From a virus (taxonomy: Duplodnaviria; Caudoviricetes): a stretch of 64,000 nt of DNA. Position numbers and translations under genes: made by a program. Under the pieces are notes generated by a model that ran no database searches, was not told where the DNA came from, and was given only the letters and a program-made list of their open reading frames with translations. Of the stretch, positions 57,885 to 64,000 are shown one piece after another (positions within the stretch are counted from its first letter, which is position 1; every line of letters begins with the position of its first letter). The stretch is from IMG/VR virus record IMGVR_UViG_3300042542_006078. The stretch is one strand, 5' to 3'.

Positions 57885-58826
57885 GTGCGTCATTTCCTCT
57901 CCATATCCGACTTGTCAAAAGATGAAATTGAATTAATTTTAGACATTGCAAACGAAATCGAAAGAAATTGGTCTTTTTGTCGCAACATGAACAACAAGTG
58001 CATAAGTAGTTTTTTTGCCGAGCCGTCAACAAGAACAAGATTTAGTTTTGAAAGAGCTATGCATTGGTTGGGTGGTCGTGTTATCACGGCTGCTGACGCT
58101 TCATCAAGCAGTAGCTTGACAAAAGGCGAAAGCTTGAAAGACACTTTCAGAACTCTTGGCCAATATTCCGATGCTATTGTAATGCGACACCCAGATCAAA
58201 AATGGCCTGAAATAGCAAGAAGTTATTCAAGAGTTCCTGTTATAAACGCTGGTAGTGGTTCTGGAGAACATCCAACACAAGCTCTTCTTGACCTTCACAC
58301 TATTAAACAAAAGTGGAATGACATTTCTGGACTCAAGGTTCTTCTCTGCGGCGATCTTAGAAATGGAAGGACAATTCACAGCCTTATTGAAATACTTCAT
58401 CTTTATAAATGTAACATTTTTTATTGTGCTGCGACCGATTATAAAAATTGTGACTTGTCTATACCAGAAAAATATTTAGAAAAAATTCCTTGCCGTAATG
58501 TTGAAATATCAGATGCCAATGATATTCTTCCTGAAATTGATGTCATTTATATGACAAGAATACAGAAAGAAAGGTTTAAGGGAGTTTGCGATAATCTTGA
58601 TTTTTTCAAAATAACCAAAGAAAATATTGGAAGAGTAAAGAAAAATGCGGCTATTCTTCATCCATTGCCTAGAAATGAGGAAATTAGTGAAGACATAGAT
58701 GATGATCCTCGTGCTGATTATCATGAAAGACAAGTAAGAAATGGTCTTTATATTCGCACGGCTTTGCTTAATTATCTTCTTTATCCAACTCCTATGCATA
58801 GGCCATCTTGTGATGGAATTAATTAA
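57885..58826 (+). CDS. pyrB: Aspartate carbamoyltransferase catalytic subunit
   Basis: EPSTRTRFSFE, KGESLKDT, INAGSG..EHPTQALLD, GDLRNGRT, TRIQKER, HPLPR, RQVRNG. Confidence 0.96.
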   Translation: MRHFLSISDLSKDEIELILDIANEIERNWSFCRNMNNKCISSFFAEPSTRTRFSFERAMHWLGGRVITAADASSSSSLTKGESLKDTFRTLGQYSDAIVMRHPDQKWPEIARSYSRVPVINAGSGSGEHPTQALLDLHTIKQKWNDISGLKVLLCGDLRNGRTIHSLIEILHLYKCNIFYCAATDYKNCDLSIPEKYLEKIPCRNVEISDANDILPEIDVIYMTRIQKERFKGVCDNLDFFKITKENIGRVKKNAAILHPLPRNEEISEDIDDDPRADYHERQVRNGLYIRTALLNYLLYPTPMHRPSCDGIN

Positions 58827-58843
58827 AATAAGAGTAAAAAATT

Positions 58844-59482
58844 ATGTTGCCAGATATGACATGGATTCCTTCCTATCAATCAATTAAAAAAGAAACTGAT
58901 GTTCATCCACATATTCCAGAAGATAAAGCTAGCCTTTATTCTGCTGCTGATGGTGGTTCAACAGAATATGAAATATTAAATTGGCTTCATGCAAATGTTC
59001 GTCTTCTAAAGCCTGAATACATTCTTGAAACTGGTTCTTGGGAAGGACTTGGAACAGTTGCTTTAGCTCATGCTTGTAAAATGAATGGATTTGGCAAAGT
59101 AATTACAATTGAAAATAATCCCAAGCAATGCGTTAAAGTTGAATCAATGATCGAAGAAAATAATTTGAAGGACTATGCTGTTGTCGAGTGCTTTGATAGC
59201 TTGCATTATCTAAGTATTACAAATTATAAATTCGACCTTGGTTTTTTCGATAGTGCTACTGAAATAAGGCCGAAAGAGTGTGAAATTTGTTTCAACAGAA
59301 ATATAATTAAAAATCTTGCTGTTTTTCACGACACATCTCCTTACAGGGTTGCATCTTTCACATTGCCTCATATTCAGCAAAAATATCGAAGTGAAATTTT
59401 TGAATTGGCAAAAAATCCTATCTGCTCTGGATTAACTGATTTTACTTACTCTAGAGGATTTATGGCTTTGTGGTTGAGGTGA
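58844..59482 (+). CDS. Class I SAM methyltransferase (Methyltransf_24-like)
   Basis: ILETGS, FDLGFFD, VFHDT. Confidence 0.8.
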   Translation: MLPDMTWIPSYQSIKKETDVHPHIPEDKASLYSAADGGSTEYEILNWLHANVRLLKPEYILETGSWEGLGTVALAHACKMNGFGKVITIENNPKQCVKVESMIEENNLKDYAVVECFDSLHYLSITNYKFDLGFFDSATEIRPKECEICFNRNIIKNLAVFHDTSPYRVASFTLPHIQQKYRSEIFELAKNPICSGLTDFTYSRGFMALWLR

Positions 59483-59486
59483 TGTT

Positions 59487-60311
59487 ATGATTGATATTCA
59501 GATTGACGAAGAAAAATTGAAATTTAATTTCATGTCTCCTTTATATGAATATTTTTTAGTATTTGATAACTATAAATATTATTGTTATAATAGACAAGAA
59601 TTAGATGAAAAATTAAAAAATAAAAATGTTATTACAAGATTGATTATTCACAATTCATATTGTGTGGCTTTATTTACAAATGCAGAACATTTTAATTGTG
59701 CAGAATTCCGTGATTTTTTGCAGGCTATTGTGAACAAAGTGCCTTTTTTCGCCGAATATGAACTTGTTGGTCTTAATCAAAACTTTGGGACAATTGAAGA
59801 ATATCTTCAAAATAAAATAACCAAGTTGGAAGAATTAGAATTTCTATATCATGGAACATCATCTTATTATGCTGATATTATTCTAAAAGAAGGAATTAAA
59901 CCGAGAAAACATACTAATGTTTCGGCTTCTTTCGCAGGAACAAATGAAGAAGGTAGCCCGAATTGCATTTATCTATGCACACATCCAAGATATGGATTGA
60001 AGAGGGCAGGAGCGGCAGCAATGAGAAAATCAAATGGAGAAAACACTCTTCTAAAAATAGACATTGCTGGTATTGATAAATCAAAATTAAAATGTTGCGA
60101 TCAAATAAATAAAAATGATATATCAATTGAAGAAAGTCTTTTGATAAGCAAAAATTTGCGTTATTTTGGAACAATTGAGCCAAATTATATTACAAATGAA
60201 GGCATTATTCCCTATAATCTTCTTAATATTAAGGCCATGCAATACTATGCCTCAAAAGAAAACAATGATCTAAATCGTGCAAGCACAGATTCATCGATGC
60301 AAGGCAAGTAA
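59487..60311 (+). CDS. Protein with C-terminal ADP-ribosyltransferase-fold-like domain
   Basis: FLYHGTS...ILKEGIKP...IYLCT...LLKID pattern. Confidence 0.5.
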   Translation: MIDIQIDEEKLKFNFMSPLYEYFLVFDNYKYYCYNRQELDEKLKNKNVITRLIIHNSYCVALFTNAEHFNCAEFRDFLQAIVNKVPFFAEYELVGLNQNFGTIEEYLQNKITKLEELEFLYHGTSSYYADIILKEGIKPRKHTNVSASFAGTNEEGSPNCIYLCTHPRYGLKRAGAAAMRKSNGENTLLKIDIAGIDKSKLKCCDQINKNDISIEESLLISKNLRYFGTIEPNYITNEGIIPYNLLNIKAMQYYASKENNDLNRASTDSSMQGK

Positions 60312-60934
60312 ACATTCAGGTCAAAATTAATTTTCTTGTAGTCTTCTTCCGTGAATAGTTTTTTCACGAAAGGACTTATTGCAAGATAATATGGAGAAAT
60401 CTTACCAAGATTGATCCATCTGAATATATTGTTGTTGATATATGATTCCTTATACTTATCAAAATTCACATCAGGTCCAAATGTCTTAACAATAAATTCT
60501 TTGGTCTTCTCAATACCTTCCAAAGCTTTTTGTATACCAACTCCAGTAACCTCAACCGTGTCCTTAGGATTATTTCTGACCTGATCGTATTTTTTCTTCC
60601 AAAGCTTCCATCTTTTCCAAGCCTTTTCTCCCACCAAACAATTTGGATCAATCAATGGATGATCATTATCACGGTTGATAGCTTTAAGAATATCAAGCTG
60701 GGCTCTGATATAAAGAGGATATTCTTCTTTGGTCAGAATACCATTTGTTTCACGAACTAACTTATAAGCAATTTTGAATATAAGTGATTTGCGTGGATCG
60801 CCTTTTTTCATAGTGGCGTGACGATAGTCTGGAAATTTTTTGCGACTCTGTTCGAGCCACATTGAAGCTATATGGCAAGCCTGAGTTTCAAGCTCATCCA
60901 TCTCATACTTCTCAGCAGACTCGATGATCCACAT
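60245..60934 (-). CDS. Hypothetical protein
   Basis: Likely start MWIIES at 60934 after AGAGGA. Confidence 0.65.
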   Translation of the reverse strand: MWIIESAEKYEMDELETQACHIASMWLEQSRKKFPDYRHATMKKGDPRKSLIFKIAYKLVRETNGILTKEEYPLYIRAQLDILKAINRDNDHPLIDPNCLVGEKAWKRWKLWKKKYDQVRNNPKDTVEVTGVGIQKALEGIEKTKEFIVKTFGPDVNFDKYKESYINNNIFRWINLGKISPYYLAISPFVKKLFTEEDYKKINFDLNVYLPCIDESVLARFRSLFSFEA

Positions 60935-61004
60935 GAAATTTTCCTCTTTTTTTTCGTGCTTCATCATACTCCTATACCTCAAGCGACTCAAGGTTATTTA
61001 TCCC

Positions 61005-61892
61005 ATGAAAATTGCAATGTGCCCACTAGTAAGCAGAGATCTTCCAAAAGCTATCAGAGCAACCAATTCTTGTAGAAATCAATTTCCAACTGAACAATTT
61101 CAAGTTGAAACAGTTGCAATTGTTAACTCAAAGAATCAAGAATTCATAGATGAGTTCTGCTCATGGTGCGAATCTGAACAAGTAAAATATGTCATTACTG
61201 AATCAAATGGAACACCAAGCAGAGGAAAAAATAGCGTTCTTCAGTTTCTTAGAGACTCGGACTATGACGGAGTAAGCATGACAGATGGAGATGATTTAGT
61301 CTATCCAACTGGAGCTTTGCAAATTGAAAGACATCTTCTTCACCATCCAACCACAGATGTTTTGATAGTTAAGCCTTCTGATCAAGTTACAAACCATGAA
61401 TCATATGGAAGTGTTCAAATTAAAGAAGGAAACTATGCTGTTTGTTGGGGTATGAATATTGTTAAGTTGGGATATACTTATGGTCCCGGTAAAAGCGAAA
61501 TATTTAATTCAGGACATTTTGCAGCAAGAAATTTAGGAGGACATGTTTTTTATAGCAAGAAGGTTGCACAACTTGTTCAATATGATGAAGAACAATTGTT
61601 GGGAGAAGACTTGCTTTTAGAATTTAATCTTCTCAAGCTTCATCAAGAAAGAAAAATATGTTTTTGGTTAAGTTTTGCAAGTGATGTACAGATGCTAGAC
61701 AGAACTGAGCAAGAAAGTATTCAATATACAAAGAATGGAACAGATGGGGCTCAATCTTTTGAAAGGTTAATTCAAAAAGTGAGAGAGATATTGCCTGAAG
61801 ACAGAAGTTCATTTGATGAATTGCCCGTAGAGTTCCCAGAATTGTTATTTTCACATGGCGAAAAAATTGAATGGTTGAAGCAAGTTTTTTGA
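61005..61892 (+). CDS. GT-A fold glycosyltransferase-like protein
   Basis: ESNGTPSRGKNS, DGDD (DxD), GEDLL; start MKIAMC at 61005. Confidence 0.65.
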   Translation: MKIAMCPLVSRDLPKAIRATNSCRNQFPTEQFQVETVAIVNSKNQEFIDEFCSWCESEQVKYVITESNGTPSRGKNSVLQFLRDSDYDGVSMTDGDDLVYPTGALQIERHLLHHPTTDVLIVKPSDQVTNHESYGSVQIKEGNYAVCWGMNIVKLGYTYGPGKSEIFNSGHFAARNLGGHVFYSKKVAQLVQYDEEQLLGEDLLLEFNLLKLHQERKICFWLSFASDVQMLDRTEQESIQYTKNGTDGAQSFERLIQKVREILPEDRSSFDELPVEFPELLFSHGEKIEWLKQVF

Positions 61893-61899
61893 AAATTGA

Positions 61900-61928
61900 T
61901 TGCAAAAAAGAATCTAAGTGATTACAAT
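61900..61928 (+). promoter_or_regulatory. Putative sigma70 promoter driving the non-coding region
   Basis: TTGCAA (61900-05)-17 nt-TACAAT (61923-28). Confidence 0.65.
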
Positions 61929-61934
61929 AAGAAA

Positions 61935-62447
61935 TGGCTAAGGGTAATTCTCACTCATTCCGCTCACAAGGTGTTATGAGTTAAGCCCAAAGCAAAGACA
62001 GAAGAAGGTTTCGCACTTAAAGACTTTCATCGTGATTGTCGCCTTTAATGTCTTTGTTGTCAAACCTGCGAGGCCCTTACCAAGGGTGGGTCTTTGTAGT
62101 TGTTCTACAACGAATGCTTTAACGGGAAGCATTGTACTCGCAGCAGCAGAGGTCAAGCCGGATAGAAATGATGCTGACTCTCAAGAAAAACCCCTGTAGT
62201 TTGTTTTGCAAAAAGCAAATGAGAAATGGAAAATTCTTGAGCTATTCGGTTTTAGGTTTGCTGCAAATAAAAGTGCGCCATCTGACTCAATCCCAAGAAG
62301 TTATTGCTGGAGTAAATAGGTTTAGTAAACAAGAATATGGCTTAAACGCCAAAAAATTGCTCTACTAAACAAGTTTACTCAATATCTCACTTTTAATGTG
62401 ATATATACAGCAATAACCATTTGGGTCAGCATCCCGTTCTAGTTTTT
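61935..62447 (+). ncRNA. Large structured non-coding RNA candidate (about 510 nt), class unknown
   Basis: No convincing ORF; upstream promoter; more than a dozen nested helices whose G-U pairs favour the plus strand; T run at 62443-47. Details under findings. Confidence 0.65.
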
Positions 62448-62507
62448 GATTGTAAATAAAAAAAACAAATTACCTAAATTAACAAATTTTTGCATAATTT
62501 AACATGA

Positions 62508-62536
62508 TTGACCTAACTGCTTTTTTCGGCTATAAC
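62508..62536 (+). promoter_or_regulatory. Putative sigma70 promoter for the polymerase gene
   Basis: TTGACC (62508-13)-17 nt-TATAAC (62531-36). Confidence 0.7.
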
Positions 62537-62597
62537 CTGACGAAGAATTAGCCTTCACTCACAGAGTGACGGAAAATGGCCTACAAGCTGGTGATTC

Positions 62598-63935
62598 ATG
62601 TATTTTGACTCTTTGTCCAAGTTGCTCTGTCAAATCGAGCGTAAGCCCCTTTTCTTGCGATTTAATCCCACTCCTTTTGATTTCACGGACAAGGATTCAG
62701 TCAATGAGATGCAATTCTTTCTTCCTGATGGTGTCACATTTCAAATTTTGCTCAAGGATGAATCTTTGCCTTTGGTTTTGAGTATGTTGCAGTTGTCTGT
62801 TTTTTCTGGCGACAACAAAGTCTTCGCATGGGATTGGAAATCATTTATTTCACATGTTCTTGCAAAGACTGGCAAGTTATATTCTATTGAATCATCTGTT
62901 GTTGATCTTAAGATTTTAGAAAGTTACAACGGAATCAAGAAATCATGTCCTGAGACATTTGTTGAGTGTTTTAACAGAATAAAGTATTTGGTATCATCTG
63001 GTCTATGGAAAGACTGTGAAAATATTTACAAGAAGATTCATTTGCCTTTGATGACAAATGTCATTCCTTATTTGGAAACAGTAGGCATTCTTGACTTGAA
63101 TGCTGGCAAGAAGGTTCATGCTCATTATGAGATTGATGGTCAGGAGAATGGCAGATTAAGATGTCACAATGCTTTTAAGAATGGTTTTGTGCCACATGCA
63201 ATGGGATCGGATATCAAGGAGAAGTTGAAGCCTGTCGGCTATGATTCTCTTTTCATGGCTTTTGATTACAAGGGCATGGAAGCGTTTGTTCTTGCCTATT
63301 TGAGCAAAGACGAAAGGTTGATGAGTTTTTGTCAGGAAGAGGACATTTATGCTTCTTTGGCAAAGTCATTATTTGGATCGAATTCTGAAAAAATTGATCG
63401 TGAATTGGTGAAAAAATGTTTTTTGCCGGTTATATATGGACAGTCGGCCCGTTCTCTTTCTTTGCGTTGCGGAATGGCTGCTGATGTCGCAGAAGGCGTT
63501 GTGGAACGAATTAGTTCTTTGTTCAATACTGCGCTTTCATTCGTTGCTGATTGTGAAGAAAAAGTAAAACAAAATGGATTTGCCAAAGATGTTTTTGGTA
63601 AAAGAAGAAACAACTTTGAGTTAGGCAAGGAATATTTAGCCAGAAACTTTGCTGTGCAATCACCCGCATCAACGATATGTCTTGAGAAACTTATCAATCT
63701 TCATATTTCCATACAAAACTTAAATCAAAGCTTGAAGGATAAGGCTCAAATTTCTTATACTGTTCATGACGGTTATGTTTTGTATGTTACGAAGGATAAT
63801 TGGAAACAAGTTTACAAGAGAAGTATGGAAGCATTGTGCGGAGAATCCGAGCTTTGTCCCGGTCTGCGACTGAAGGTTTCATGTCGTGGAGGGAGAAACC
63901 TGAATGACCTGAAAATGATTAAAGATCGAAAGTGA
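62598..63935 (+). CDS. Divergent family A DNA polymerase, apparently lacking the thumb
   Basis: NGRL, motif A FDYKGMEA, motif B RELVKKCFLPVIYG, GKRR, NFAVQSPAS, motif C TVHDG. Confidence 0.85.
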   Translation: MYFDSLSKLLCQIERKPLFLRFNPTPFDFTDKDSVNEMQFFLPDGVTFQILLKDESLPLVLSMLQLSVFSGDNKVFAWDWKSFISHVLAKTGKLYSIESSVVDLKILESYNGIKKSCPETFVECFNRIKYLVSSGLWKDCENIYKKIHLPLMTNVIPYLETVGILDLNAGKKVHAHYEIDGQENGRLRCHNAFKNGFVPHAMGSDIKEKLKPVGYDSLFMAFDYKGMEAFVLAYLSKDERLMSFCQEEDIYASLAKSLFGSNSEKIDRELVKKCFLPVIYGQSARSLSLRCGMAADVAEGVVERISSLFNTALSFVADCEEKVKQNGFAKDVFGKRRNNFELGKEYLARNFAVQSPASTICLEKLINLHISIQNLNQSLKDKAQISYTVHDGYVLYVTKDNWKQVYKRSMEALCGESELCPGLRLKVSCRGGRNLNDLKMIKDRK

Positions 63936-63943
63936 AGGAAAAA

Positions 63944-64000
63944 ATGATTGAGATTGTTCACAATTTTCCGATAACAGAAGAAGAATTTTTGGACCTTGAC
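63944..64000 (+). CDS. Start of next gene (3'-truncated by window)
   Basis: SD AAGGA, then MIEIVHNFPITEEEFLDLD. Confidence 0.5.
   Translation, partial: MIEIVHNFPITEEEFLDLD

Noticed and set aside
62020-62165. RNase P-like fragments on the minus strand (GATGAAAGTCT and ATCCGGCTT)
   Set aside because: They occur in the wrong order for the P4 helix, match imperfectly, and G-U pairs favour the plus strand.
62155-62252. AGCCGGAT...ATTCGGTT resembling group II intron domain V
   Set aside because: The arms are about 75 nt apart rather than closing a short loop, the 2-nt bulge is missing, and there is no domain VI, GUGYG start or interrupted host gene.
62262-62318. tmRNA reading of the ncRNA (GCA AAT resume-like codons, ANKSAPSDSIPRSYCWSK*)
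   Set aside because: No tRNA-like acceptor or T arm at either end, and the peptide lacks the hydrophobic Ala-ending degradation tag.
61974-62368. Short ORFs (60 and 78 aa) in the non-coding gap
   Set aside because: No SD, non-ATG starts, no recognisable motifs, and they overlap the dense helical pattern.
1-64000. Stop-codon reassignment (alternative genetic code)
   Set aside because: Long conserved genes are intact in code 11, and TAA, TAG and TGA all end genes at sensible positions.
1-64000. tRNA, rRNA, integrase or transposase genes
   Set aside because: None recognised; the few intergenic gaps show no cloverleaf or T-loop consensus. A tRNAscan run would be needed to exclude them fully.
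1-64000. Bacterial chromosome origin suggested by pyrG, pyrB, nrdAB and glycosyltransferases
   Set aside because: These genes stand outside their usual operons among phage replication, tail and fibre genes, with no core housekeeping context.

Overview
AT-rich, gene-dense 64 kb segment of a large lytic, probably jumbo or T4-related, tailed phage genome. This is inferred from gene content: tail/baseplate chaperone, SbcC/SbcD-type nuclease pair, UvsW-like and Dda/RecD-like helicases, Holliday junction resolvase, class Ia RNR, very long fibre genes and T4-type capsid-targeting-like N-termini, with no rRNA or ribosomal genes. ORFs read through cleanly in code 11. Layout: (1) 1-22 kb, morphogenesis, DNA and nucleotide metabolism (MoxR/VWA pair, amidotransferase, CTP synthase, nrdAB); (2) about 22-57 kb, a virion-surface island of Thr-rich, Ser/Gly-repeat, beta-propeller and collagen-like fibre genes interleaved with glycosyltransferases, methyltransferases, a sulfotransferase and a 2OG-Fe(II) oxygenase; (3) 57-64 kb, pyrB, further modification enzymes, a roughly 510-nt promoter-driven, extensively base-paired non-coding RNA candidate, and directly after it a family A DNA polymerase that keeps its catalytic Asp residues but appears to lack the thumb. 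Best leads: the ncRNA plus thumbless polymerase locus, a well-formed -1 frameshift signal in the tail chaperone gene, and the fibre-glycosylation island. All product calls come from motif reading by eye, and all RNA pairings were found by hand; no database search or folding program was run.
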